This document shows, piece after piece, positions 48,127-62,588 of a DNA stretch of 64,000 bases. A program made the translations under genes and the position numbers. The notes beneath the pieces are model-generated. The model saw only the letters and a program-made list of their open reading frames with translations. It made no database searches and was not told the DNA's origin. Positions within the stretch are counted from its first letter, which is position 1; each line of letters begins with the position of its first letter. The stretch is from Chrysomallon squamiferum (Eukaryota > Animalia > Mollusca). The stretch covers positions 28,644,001 through 28,708,000 of the forward strand of contig CM022679.1 of assembly GCA_012295275.1 (NCBI GenBank), written 5' to 3'.

Positions 48127-48922
48127 GATACATACCTACATACACATATACATATATTCTTTAAAATATGCATATAAGTATATGTGAATATATAAGTATG
48201 AATATGTGTAGATGTTTGTCTGTGTTTGTGTGGAAAGCAGTGGATGTAGTTTTTACTAAATTTTGAAGTAAATCCTAACTTACCTTGAAACAGTTCCAGC
48301 CTTGTACAGCTTAGTAAGACGCATCTCGTGAAATTTATCTGTGTTCTGGGAGTAATTAATTACATCTGTTTCCCCAGAATCGAAAAGCATGACACGTTAA
48401 TTTTGCAAAGAATTCCGATTGGATAGTTTTATTTATACACTGAATGAAATCATCTAAAAGTTTGTTAATGAACCAATTTAATATATATGGATACACTCAT
48501 CTTAAAATAATGTATCTGAAATCAAAACCACTCGTTTGTAAATTTCTATTAGTTAGCGCATTTTGCTTTCGAATTATTAAACAGAGAACCTTCATTAGTT
48601 ACTTTCTGGGTGATTTCATTTAGTGTATAAACGATAGTAACCAATAGAAATTCTTTGCAAAATAAATTGTCATGCGTTTTGATTTCACGGAAACAGATGC
48701 AATTAATTATTTTCAGATCACAGATAAATAACACGACGTGAGTCTCACCCAGCTGTACAAGACAGGAACTGTTATGCATCCATTTTTATACATACATACA
48801 CAACGACAGACAAACACGTACATATGTACACACATACAGTATCATGCATTTGTATTTTATATATAAGAAAGGGAATAAATAATAAAACACGTTTGTATCT
48901 ATTTCAGATTCTGCTGTTCACA

Positions 48923-50183
48923 ATGGTAAAACTATTTCTCTTGTTTCTTCTGCTTTCTCCGCTGTCTGTTTTAACGACTATGACAGAAGAATACTGCAAA
49001 TAAGTAAAACAAATATCTAAACTTCTTCTGATTTCACAAATAATATAAATGTACAGTTTAGTGTTAACTTCTCTCTCTAATGTAAATGTTGTTGTTTTGT
49101 TTTTTGTTTTTTACAGGAATGATAAACAAGGGTGTTTGAAAAGTAAGTATAACTCTGTTGTCTTTTAATAAAATTTAAATGTAAATATATTTTACATTAA
49201 AGAGATGTTTTGTGAGACTTAATATTAAGAACATGTATGATATACCTGCTCAACTTGTGTGTAAAATGTATTTGAAAAATGAAAACACTACAGGAACAGA
49301 AAAAAAAACAAACAAAACAAAAACAAAACAAACAAAACGAAACATTCTGAAATTATTTCTATAAGAGACATCCCAGAAAAAAAGAACAATTTTAACACAC
49401 TGAACAGAAGGATAAGACGGTTTCTGAATTGTTAACTAATTTTAAACATAAGAAGGTTGCTAGAGTAGTTTATAGAAAACAGATGTCCGAATTAATATCA
49501 AACCAAGCATTTAAGATAGTCATAAGAATTAAATATTTAATATTTGGATTATAATCGTTTCATGTGGAGTTAGCTAACAATGTTATATCTCTTGACAATT
49601 CGATTTATACACCACAGTAATCACTGACAAATGATAATCTTCATTTTACTTAAATTAAATATACCTGTTTTAGATTGCGACCAGTCATACTGATTTAAAT
49701 TATTTTTTATATAAATTAAAACATTATTTATGTGTCTGTTATAGACTTATTAAAATAAGTGAGTGATTGGAGAAATTGTTAGGAAAATAATAAGATATTA
49801 TTTTATTCGTTAAATTAAATCAAGTAAGGAATTTGACCTGCCTGTTTGTTGTAAATTAAGTAAGCTATAAAACAGAAATATATATATATATATATTTCTC
49901 TTCTTCAACATCAACATTCTATGTCAACATTTTTAAATATTTTTCAGATCTTATATTAAAAATTATAGTCCCCTTGGAGTAAGTTTCTTATCTATCTATT
50001 TATAGACAACAGTTTGTTTGAGTTCCTTAACGAATTTTCTTTTCTTTTGAGAACAAACAATAGAGAGACAGAGAGAAAGATAGAGTGAGAGAAAGAGAGA
50101 GATAATCAGAGAGAAAGAGAGAGAAACAGAGAGAAAGAGAGAGAGAGATTGAGAATGAGAGATTGAGAGATTGAGAAAGAGAG

Positions 50184-50253
<70 letters not shown>

Positions 50254-50312
50254 TATAATAGTAAATTAATGGTTTTCTGCAAATGTGTTATCGTCTACAA
50301 AACAAACCCCTC

Positions 50313-50387
<75 letters not shown>

Positions 50388-50698
50388 CTCTTAGTCTTTA
50401 TGTCTCTCTGTCTCTCTCTCTTTCTCCTTCTCTCAATTGTGCATGTTTCTTTATGTTACAGATATCTAAGAAATGACAATATATATATATATTTGTTTTG
50501 CCTGCGTTTACCTGATCTTTGGGTACATCATATATATTACTAAAATTATTCTTTACATCAGTTTATATCTGTTAGTTAACAAATTTGACAACAATAATAA
50601 CAGCAGTAGCAACAACAACAGTTAAAACAACAACCACAGTAGCAGAACAACAACAACAACAACTATAATAATAATAATAATAATAATAATAAAAGTGA

Positions 50699-50740
<42 letters not shown>

Positions 50741-50853
50741 TTACATTGTTATGAATATATTGTTAAAGAGAGAGAGAGATAATATAATACTATACATATT
50801 GTTCATGAATTGAATATTTTAACATTTTACAGAAAGAGACCTCCCTGATGGAA
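48923..50853 (+). pseudogene. Micro-exon gene, copy 2 (inverted paralog, probably inactivated)
   Basis: Signal exon MVKLFLLFLLLSPLSVLTTMTEEYC (48923-48999) is followed by ataagt where the paralogs have gtaagt. Micro-exons at 49117-49142 (26 nt), 49948-49978 (31 nt) and 50833-50853 (21 nt, KRDLPDG, weaker donor gtattg). The frame is off by one before the last micro-exon. Confidence 0.65.
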
Positions 50854-52042
50854 GTATTGTTTATAGTTAATAAATGTTATCAGTTATCAAAAAATAAATT
50901 CGTTTCCTGGTTCACTTTTGTTGTGTTTTTTCTTTCTTTTGTTAGTTTGTGGCTTTTGTTTTTGTTTCAATCTTTCCATGTTGTCTATAAATATAATTTC
51001 ATTTCAATTTATATTGAATTAGTTTGTCTGTTTGTCTGTTTGTCTGTCTATATACTGTTATTTATTTATTTATATGTTTGTTTGTTTGTTTGTTTTTTTG
51101 TTTATTTGTTTATTTATTTATTTATTTATTTTGACGGTGACTATCGTGTAGTGATGGTACTTGTATGATGGCGCTGTCTGTATAACTCGTTCTTGCTTGT
51201 ATATTTATATCTCAGTTTAGTTCTGTTATCTCCCTTTGTGTTCTTTTGTCTTTGAATATATAATTCAACCTGTAGATATTAGTTCATTTCAATTCTTGTT
51301 AGTATTAAACAAAAAAAAATATCACTTTTTGCATTAATCAATAAAAAACATTCCTCTTTATTTTATTTTTTTATTTTTTTTTAATGTAATAAATAACACA
51401 CAGAGACACACATATCTTTTCTGCCAGTTAGAAAAATAGAGAGTTTTATGTAGACGTGATCCTAAAGTGTCAGTAGGTTAACTGTTATCATATATAATTA
51501 ATGACAAAATCTGTACAGTAAAGCTTATGTAAACTGAAGGAAATTTGATGGAAATCTTAAAGAATAATGACTGGGCAGACAAACAACTAACGTAAAATAT
51601 CTCTTCTCAGAAAATGAGATATTAATTTTAATATTTTGAACGGAAACAGACCTTTGTTTTAATTATTTGAACTGCAGTATACTATCTACGTTACTGTATG
51701 TGATGCTCATTATATTTTCATGATGTAAAATTCAAATATTACATACTTTGAAATTAAAATACACTGTTCTATGAAATCAAGCGAAAAAATGAAAACACGG
51801 TTAACTTTTGTGAATTACTCTAGGTATTTCAGTGAAACCGCTACATAAAAAACACACAACTGATTTTGTTACATTTACAGAACAGAGCAATAAACAACCA
51901 ATCTAGACACAATTAACTGATTCTGTTCATTCAAAACTAGCTCAGAAAAGTAGAACGCACTGTCGAATTAATATCAAACATTTCATGTTGTTTAGTTTAC
52001 AACCCACAGACACGAGAAAGAGGTAATCACTGAACTACTGCG

Positions 52043-52498
<456 letters not shown>

Positions 52499-52508
52499 TT
52501 AACATTAT

Positions 52509-52541
<33 letters not shown>

Positions 52542-52659
52542 CGTAGATCAGGAATAAATAACACGACATCCGTCAGACAAGTTTCTAGAAGCAGTACAGG
52601 AAGACAGACTATTTGAAGGTAATTGTCAGTTAATTTATAGATAGTATAACATTTATAGA

Positions 52660-53025
<366 letters not shown>

Positions 53026-53178
53026 GTATCTGACATAATTAAACTGTTATTCGGAGTTCTAAAGAATCCCTGAAATTTTAAGGTACATATACCTAGTTCA
53101 AGAATTATATAAAACGTCTGAAATGTAGTTATGTACAAAGTGTTTCTGTACAAAAACGTATGAACACTATAATAATAC

Positions 53179-53246
<68 letters not shown>

Positions 53247-53728
53247 GTGTATGTATGTTTTGTGTATGTTTTGATATGTACGTATTTGGTTTTTTTTCTT
53301 TAAATACCATATGTTGTGTTCTGTGTCAAAATTGTTCAAATATAATAACTGATTCACTCAGGATGTATTGCTAACTGTTTAATATTTCAGACGTTATGAA
53401 TAAATAGCTATGTACATTTTCCCTGGATTTATTTCCGCAATTATTGTGGTACAACAACGGAACATAAAGTGAAATAAATAGTGGAAATATATAAAACTGA
53501 CAAACTTTGAGGAATTTTAATTAATGGCAATGGGATTACACAGAAGGAATGGTTACACCTATTTCCTGATGTGTCTGTGTGTGTGTGTGTGTGTGTTTGT
53601 GTGTTTGTTAGTGTAATTAATCCTAACTCATAAATAACTACAGACCTTTGTATTTTAAAGGAATATATATATATATATGAAATGGTGTAAAATGACATGT
53701 ACTTGTCTTTCAGGTTTGACTCTTTACG

Positions 53729-54843
53729 ATGGTAAAACTGTTTCTCTTCTTTCTCTTGCTCGTTCTGTCCACTGCCTCGGACTGGACTCCAGAACATTTG
53801 TGCGAGTAAGTGTAACAAAAATCTAAATTTCTTCTCAAACCAAAATTTGAACGAAAATATAAATATGTCGTAGACGTTTCCAAATGTTCACTTTTCTGAC
53901 TGATCTATTTTTCTAACAGACTAGCGTTCTATAAACCTGAAGATCGGAAGTAAGTATATCTCTGTTATTCTTCCCAAAAATTTTTAAAAGTAAACAAATT
54001 TTACGTCGATTGATTCAAGAACACATATCTGAACAAAATATAAAAACTTTCATTGATAAGGAAACAAAAGTGACTTCAGTAGTTGTGTCAAGACAATATT
54101 GAAATGGTTTCTAGGAAAAGCGGTTGGGAAGCAGAAAGAACTATATGACAAAAACATTTAAATATAGAAATAAAGTGTTTGTTAAGTTGGTAATTAATTT
54201 ATGGATATTGTGTTTTTTTGTTGTTTTTTTAAAAATAGAAATAAAGTGTTTGTTAAGTTTTGTCTAGATATCTGATTTTTCTAACATATGTATCTATGTA
54301 GATATATATGTATGTATGTATTTGTGTATGTATGTATGTATGTATGTATCTATGTAGATATACATATATGTATGTATTTATGTGTGTGTAGGCCTATGTG
54401 TGTATGTCTGTGTGTGTATGTATGTATGTATGTACATTTTAGCAGCTGTTACTGAATCTGTTCTTTTTATTATGTATGTATATATATATAGATATCTATG
54501 ATTACATTTTGACCTATATTTCAGGACTTTTATTGTATTTGTAAAGAATTTAATTGCAAGTAAGTTCCTTATTTATTTATTTATTTATTTATTTATTTTA
54601 TTTTATTTTATTTTATTTTATTTATTTATTTATTTATTTATTTTATTTTGTTTATTTTTTATTTGAGAATGTTTTATTCATGTGAACGTGAAATGTTATA
54701 TGATATAATGTAATTTTATGGAAGATAACAGAAACACAAGCGCAGAGACAGACAGACTTGGCTGTCAGAAGACAAGAATCATTAATCACATCTCTCTCTC
54801 GATCAGGTTGTGTTTCGGTATAATAATGGTGACGATGATGATA

Positions 54844-54894
<51 letters not shown>

Positions 54895-55399
54895 TGTGTG
54901 TGTGTCTACATAAATACTAGTAAATATAACAAGAGTCCTAAACATAAGGAAGCAGAAAGACAACCTGAGACAGGCAGAAAAAAACAAAGCTTTGTACTAT
55001 TATATTATTATTTATTTTATTAGTTTTGTTTGCATTTTTGTTTTTTTTTTTGCAGACATGTTGTTTGAAATCCGTCTAAAATCTTTTATAACTATATGTT
55101 TCATATAAACAATAATCTTGTATACAACAACAGACACAAATACATCACATCCAGACAACAAACATAGACACAGACACAGACATACACAGACAGATGACAG
55201 ACACAGATGACAGACAGACACAGACACAGAGACAGGATCCGTCTGTCTACATAAACATAAAGTCCTAAAAAAATGTATCTGTTTTATTTATATTCTTTAA
55301 TTTAATTTAATTTATATTATATTATTATTTATTTTATTATATTTTTGTTTTGCAGATTCCCGCTACGTGGGATTTTTTCATTTTGAAATGGACAGATGA
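53729..55399 (+). CDS. Micro-exon gene, copy 3: small secreted protein (about 61 aa)
   Basis: Exons 53729-53805, 53920-53949 (30 nt), 54525-54559 (35 nt) and 55356-55399; all three donors are GTAAGT; AATAAA at 55402. Spliced: MVKLFLFFLLLVLSTASDWTPEHLCELAFYKPEDRKTFIVFVKNLIANSRYVGFFHFEMDR*. Alternative acceptor at 55056. A homologous 5' UTR exon ends at 52618. Confidence 0.68.
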
Positions 55400-55679
55400 C
55401 TAATAAAATCAATATATATATATATATAAAGGGAAAATAAATTTGTTTTAAATCTACGATTTTTGTGTGTGATTACTCTTATGTGACAGACACAGAGTTA
55501 GTTTTACATATTCACATAATTTGCCTCTCTTTGACATATAAAGACACAGACAACAGAATATTCATTCGAGAACAGACACCTGTCACTATCAGGTCGTCCA
55601 CAGAAACAAATATAAACAGAGATGACGAAAGACAGAAAACCGCGTGTTCAGTAAACAGTGAAATATGTATCTGTTTTAA

Positions 55680-56095
55680 TATAAAATAAAATAAATAAAT
55701 AAATAAATAAATAAATTTAAAGATTTTCGATTACCACGATAAAATAAAATATTTAAATAAATAAATGATGACCTCGACAATATATATATATAAAATAAAA
55801 TAAAATTGTTAAATAAATGATTTTTCTGTACAGGATAAAATAAAATAAAATTTCTAAATAAATAGTTTTAATTCGAGATAATTAGATTACACGATAAAAT
55901 AAAATAAAATAATAAATTCGAAACAAACACCCTCGATTACTATCGGATCGTCCAATAAAATAAATAAAAAAATAAATGACGAAAGACAGAAAACGATAAA
56001 ATAAAATAAATAAATAAATAAATAAATGATGACCTCGATTACAATATAAAATAAAATAAATAAATAAATAAATAAATGATGACCTCGATTACACG
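55680..56095. repeat. AT-rich degenerate tandem repeat (taaaataaaataaataaataaatgatgacctcgattacac)
   Basis: Several irregular copies. Confidence 0.7.
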
Positions 56096-57435
56096 AGCCG
56101 CTTTTCAGATAGTCTCGCTGGACGAGTGGTATCGTCTTCCGCTTTGGACTTCCGCTTTAGGCTTCGTACTGAGCGAATGTATTGTCTTGCTTTCTGAAGA
56201 CTAAAAACAAAACATTCAAGAAAGAATGTACAGTACAATTTTCCTTGAACAAGGAGTAGCGAAGAAGACTGAAAATGGAAGATTCATTAAAGAAAGAATG
56301 TATCGCAGGAGTTTAGTTCAAGCAGGACTGAATTCTAGCGATAAAGAGATTAAAGCAACTTAAAATATAAAATTGAAATTTGTTTTATCTGTTAAAAGAA
56401 AAACGTTCCAAGAAAAACATGCCAAATTTTACTATCGTAGTTAAGAAGCCTTCCATATTCGACGAATTTTCAAATACAGCCAAGTCATCAAATCTAAATG
56501 TCCTGATAGACTGTCTGAATACCGCTACTAATGTAATACGCTCGAACAGAAATATAGATCTCAGGTGAATTTTTACTTATTTATTTCTATATTTACTAAT
56601 CGATCGATCGTTTGGTTCATTGATTGATCCATATTATTGTTGTTGTTGTTGATGTTTTTGTTATCATTATTATTTGATTTATTTATTTATTTATTTATAC
56701 ACTGGAATCAGTGAAAGTGAAACTGAGATGACCACTGACTTCACAAAGAGATATCACGCGAGTCGAACTTAACTGAACGATGTTAAACACAGTAGAATAA
56801 AACAGTAAGTTAAAAACAAGACATGAACTAGGAGATAAGTGAGAACAAAACCCGCAGGTAAAACAGTGTGCAGTGCTGGGAATAGAAGAAAAGTAAAAAG
56901 AGAAAGGAAACAAGGTGAGCGAAAGAAGAATTGCTGATGAAAAGAAAGTGTAAATTAAAACTGAAAAGAAAAAAGAATTCATCATTTATAATGTGATTAT
57001 TATTATTGTTAAGCACGAATGGTTTTAATGGGTATTGATCGATATTTGTACATATCAACAGTAATTGTCATATTATTTTTTTTTACAAGAGACTCGGACG
57101 ATTACGTTTTTGAAACCTAAAAGATCTTACAAGGTTAGCTGTTCTAATATGAAAATATTTCCATTAACTAGGGATACTGACTGAACACTAAAATGTTCTT
57201 ATGTTAATATATATGCATCCTAAAGATCAAAGTGCAAATATATTTATTAATATTTACATAAAAATATTTAACTAACATTATTTTAAAACATTACTGTTAG
57301 TTGCAATCATAAGTATTCACGACATTATTTATATATATATACATATAAACATTTATTTTCTCTTTCTTTTTTAGAAACATTTGTGATGAAAATATAAAAA
57401 TATTCAAATAAAATAAACAGTAATATCATTTTCAT

Positions 57436-57517
<82 letters not shown>

Positions 57518-58381
57518 CTCTCTCTCTACATAAACACAGAATTAACTTAAAATCTGTAATCTTAAACCAACATTCACTTCAAAGACAGACTATTCCTATT
57601 TGGTTTAGCTTGAATGGTTCTGTTATGTGCACTTTCCGTTTCAAAACAGTGCACGTCATGATCTTTCACACACTCGTCATGGGACACTGACTGGAACGAG
57701 AAATGTAGCTACAAGAAGTTTTAATTTTGCAACCAGTTTCATCTCAGTTCAAGTGTTTACCATCATAGTGAGAAATATAAACACAAACAGAATTACAGAC
57801 AGACATAAATAAACAAGCATGTTCTGAATAGGCCGACTGTAAGCCATGTTTAACAGAACAGTGACGTCAGTTAATTGATGTGTAGTAAATCAATCAATAA
57901 TTTAATACGATTTTCAACAATTGCTAAACAAACATCATTAAATGCATGAAACAAACTCTATAAAAGTATTATTTACAAAAATTTAAAACGTAAATGCAAT
58001 TTGTTTAATACTTTTCATTCTTGCAGTTCATAATTTGAACATAACAATGTGTATAATTCATTATAGGTTCTCATCAAAGTGAATATTGTGAATACATTAC
58101 AGTACAGAGCACTTTTTTTCTTTTTTTTTCTTTTTTTTGTATTTACAGCACAGTTTGTGCCAGAGAAAGCAACATTAAAAACCCATAACATTCAATTTGT
58201 ATGAGGCAGTTGAAATGTCGTTTTGAGAAGGACAATACAATGATCACAAGAGAATTAAACTTGCTCTAATTAATTGATGTAATTGATTCAGAGTCTTTAA
58301 AGCGTAGATACTGTGAAATTTAAAACATTGTTAGCTTACAGCATCTAGCGATACCATCTTAATTACACGTATTCTAACACG

Positions 58382-58436
58382 ATGTGCAAGTATTTCTTTT
58401 TTTCAGTAGCTACGACTTTTCTGATCTTTGATGAAG
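58382..58436 (+). CDS. F-type lectin + PAN protein, exon 1 (signal peptide)
   Basis: MCKYFFFSVATTFLIFDE-G|gtaagt, phase 1; the paralogous MCKYF exon at 52043 supports this start. Confidence 0.78.
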
Positions 58437-58860
58437 GTAAGTCTGTATCAATAGATATCCAACATTCTTTCTAAGAATATTTGTTTTCATGTTGTTCAGT
58501 GTAATGTAATTTTTCTAAGAATTATATGATAGTTCTTTAAGGGATGTAACTAAGAATATCGTGAAAAAAAAGAATCATTGCTGAGAAATTTTAGACTTTT
58601 TATTCTAACCATTTTAGTTCAGAAATTAAAATATTTGTATTATTGTTAAACCATAGACTGATATATTCACATACTTAAGTTAAATATTCTGATAACATTC
58701 ATTAATCAACTGTCTTGGCAAACTGTATAACATCCGTCAGGAATGAACAGCAGAAACACACTCTGAAGCCGATCTTTGCGATCTCTCCTCCTTCACTCCT
58801 TCACCTCTCACAAGACGTAGTTTCAAGTTCCCTTCACAATCATTCACAATCGCTTCTGTT

Positions 58861-58979
<119 letters not shown>

Positions 58980-59088
58980 ATACTCAAAACTTTCATATTG
59001 TTGATTTTTTATATCATAATTTTTGTTACATTTGCTCTGTGAATAACCGGCACATTCAGGGATCAGTGTTTTCTGTTTTCTCTTTGAG

Positions 59089-59317
59089 GAAACCCGTCTG
59101 ATAACTTGGCCCTTGATAAACCGGTAATCCAGAGCTCGACGTTCAAGGTGACGAAGGGAAAGGCGAGCTACGCAGTCGATGGCAACACCGGCACCGACAT
59201 GGACAGAGACCACTGTGCACACACAGGATGATGGCGACTTCAAAGCTTGGTGGATGGTAGATTTAGAAAACACCTACACTGTAAACACAGTGTCTGTGAC
59301 CAACAGAAATTTTAAAC
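59089..59317 (+). CDS. F-type lectin (fucolectin/F5-8 type C-like) domain, exon 2; one frameshift near 59221-59230
   Basis: GNPSDNLALDKPVIQSSTFKVTKGKASYAVDGNTGTDMDRDHCAHT, then after a +1 shift DDGDFKAWWMVDLENTYTVNTVSVTNRNFK. Shows the classic NLAL.K..QSS, AVDG, CxHT, WWxVDL and TNR motifs. GAG acceptor after a pyrimidine tract. Confidence 0.9.
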
Positions 59318-59920
59318 GTTAGTTCTCTTCACATTTTATAGAAATATTTATACATTTAAAACAAAATGTCTCTTAATAAGTTTGAAAAAACAACAACAAC
59401 TAACAAACAAATATTAAACACAGAAATATCAGTATGGATAAATGTATGTACATGTGTATGTATGTGCGCATGAATATGCAGATGTGTGTGTTTTTATGTA
59501 TGCAAATTCGAACAAAAGATTTGCTCAGAATTAGCTGATCCATATTAATCGTTATTAAAAGACAACATCGTTTGTTATTTTGAAATATGATTTTTGTATT
59601 GTCTATGAGTTGTTGCTAATCACACTGTCAGTTGTTCTTGCCAGACTGTCTAACAATTAATATTTATTTTATTGTCTACGAATCATTACTACATTTTCAG
59701 TCAGTTGTTACTTATTAGACTCTCTGTGAGTTAATATGCATCTCACTATCAATGACAATTAAATTATCTATATTTTATTGTATTACAATGTCAACGCTTT
59801 TGTTTAATACATTGTCTATAATTATTCTTTTTGTTAATGTTGTAATTGTTGTTGTTGTTGTTGTTCTTCTTCTTCTTCTTCTTCTTCTTCTTATTATTAT
59901 TATTATTATTATTATTACAG

Positions 59921-60154
59921 CGTATAGACTTCATGGCTTTCTTATTGAAATATTTGACACAAACCCAACAAAATGTGACGAAGCTAAATCTACTTTGTGT
60001 TACAATCACACTGGAGCAGCTCTAGGAACCTCGGAAACCAGGAACTTCGCGTGTCAAAAGCCGACAAGAGGACGATTTGTCAGAATCCGATTCTGGAAAT
60101 ATCTTCAGCATCTGACTCTGTGTGAAGTTCAAATTTTCGGACTTCAGGAACAAA
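59921..60154 (+). CDS. F-type lectin domain, exon 3
   Basis: PYRLHGFLIEIFDTNPTKCDEAKSTLCYNHTGAALGTSETRNFACQKPTRGRFVRIRFWKYLQHLTLCEVQIFGLQEQ, with GRFVRI and LTLCEV motifs; phase 1-1. Confidence 0.92.
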
Positions 60155-60318
60155 GTAAAAAAACATTTTTTACTTTTATGTAAATATGAAACAAATATAT
60201 TTTGAATATTACTTTTTAAATATAATTAAATAATTTAATATTGCTGGTTTTCTGTTGTATTATACAAACAATTAATTTAATTACGTTTCTATATGTTTGC
60301 AAAATGCCGTCACACTCT

Positions 60319-60426
<108 letters not shown>

Positions 60427-60456
60427 GACATCACTGATATCTTATATTAATTTCAG

Positions 60457-60695
60457 GTTGTGGAAATCCAGCCTACTTTCCACGTGTTAGAAAAACACGA
60501 CTGATTTCTGACAATTCTTTGATGTCGACAACGCCTCTAATGAAATGTGCACTAAAGTGTTCTGAGAATATCACGTGTCTGGCTTTCAACTTCAACACTC
60601 AGACTGAACAGTGTGAACTCATCTTTCATCCACAGTTTGGAAACACAACTGAGAAACTCTCTGAATGGAATTACTACGGATCTGATCTGTGTTAA
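60457..60695 (+). CDS. PAN/apple-like domain, terminal exon
   Basis: SCGNPAYFPRVRKTRLISDNSLMSTTPLMKCALKCSENITCLAFNFNTQTEQCELIFHPQFGNTTEKLSEWNYYGSDLC*, with the C-x3-C-x5-C-x2-F-x-F...C-x-L...W-x-YY pattern. Confidence 0.87.
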
Positions 60696-61778
60696 AAGAC
60701 AGACAATCAGTAACTGATACTAAACATTTTGTCACGTACAAAGTCTATTTGGAATGTGCTGAAAACTACGAGATTTCTACAACGTATCATGTAATGTGGT
60801 TTGTTTACTTTTCACTGTATAAAATTAACATTGGACTCTGACTTTTCACTGTGTTAAACTATATTAAACTAAGAGCGTAGGTAGTTTTTATTGTTTTTTC
60901 GTGTGGTTTTTGTTGTTTTTAGTTGTTGTTTTTTTCTTAGATTTCTTCTCTCTGTTGCCTTTTACAGTGAGAAATGTTTCTTGATCTGGCAACTGCAAAT
61001 GCTCTCGACTCTAAGCACATATAAAAATTGTATTACCTGTGGATCTAATCCTGCACCTTCGCTCTTTTCGTTGTGATAAACTACTTTTAACTAAGACAGT
61101 GGGACTTTTTTAGACAGCTTCTACACTTCATGTGTTTCACTGACAACACTTTTATTCATATGGCTGTTTCGTAATTTACGGGATCACGAACAAATAATTA
61201 TCTGAAAACTGAAATGATTTGCAAAGATGAAAAGTGGAAATATGCTGTATTTAGTTGGGGTTTCCTGTATAACACAAAGTGCTACTGCAATAAACAGTTC
61301 CAACTCGGGTGAGAAAAAGTTTGATTTGTTACGTGTTTATATTACCATTAAACTGGTTTGTTTTTGTCTTGTTTTCTGTTTGTTTTTTCTGCTACTTAGA
61401 CGTATAAGAAAAGTATTTGAAACAATCATAGAAATTAAAACACAACGTTCACACTATTCACAAGTAAGCACACAATAAATTTTAAAACAGGTATTGTTAT
61501 TTATTTATTTATTGATTGATTGATTTATTTGTTTCTTTCTTTCTTTCTTTCTTTCTTTATTTATATTTATACATTTTAAATTGTTAATTTACCGTTTTCC
61601 CATATATGTTAGAAAACAACAGCGTGCGTCCTGTATTTGATTACTTAGAAATAACTGAATCATTGGTGATTTGTGTGTAATTGTTTATCTATTACTGTTG
61701 TCTATGTAAACTATCAAGGTAAATAGTTTCAGTGATGATATATATCACTATCTAACCTTTCTAACAGCTTGTGAAATA

Positions 61779-61877
<99 letters not shown>

Positions 61878-62502
61878 ATGAATCAATTTTATTTCAGTTC
61901 TGCCTCCCTCGCTCTCTGACTCACTCTCTTTGTCTCTTTTTCTCTTTCTCTCTTTCTCTTTTTCGCTTTTAATTTAGAAACTTATTGTCATACTATTGTT
62001 ATTACATAACTATTATCTCACTACATGTTGTTTATATTGTAGAATATGTCTACATCTTTAAAACAAATATACTGTTAAATAGTTGTGATTTTCTTAACCG
62101 AGTAGTCCTTTATTTGAGATTTTTGTTCTGTTAACACAGATCTGAATAAACATACAGTCTTGAGTTCTACATTCGATTACAACAGCAGCCAAATGTACAG
62201 TTGATGGAAACACTGGATCTTATTTCTGGACATACTTGAGCCGGGAAAAGAGGATGATAACTCTTGGACATCGTGTAGACTAAAAATAAATAGTATCAGT
62301 TAGCATTTAGACAACCGAAATACAAGTGAAATGATGGACTTTATTATCTCCGAGCACATTTTCGCCCACATATTCTAAAAACGACCACTGTTTGATAAGT
62401 TTCGTTGTAGATGTTGTCAACAATAAAGTGAAGACGCTTTCTTTACACATAAGTGTCCCAGACTGACAGGTGCACATTTGTTTCAAAGGAAGCATATATG
62501 TG

Positions 62503-62588
<86 letters not shown>

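Noticed and set aside
50462-50543. Terminal exon of micro-exon gene copy 2
   Set aside because: Homologous to sequence that is intronic in copy 1 (about 46600-46690) and lies upstream of the 50833 micro-exon.
57375-57530. Additional micro-exon unit (aaaatattcaaat..(CT)n)
   Set aside because: It resembles the intron flank of the unit, but I find no acceptor, exon or donor.
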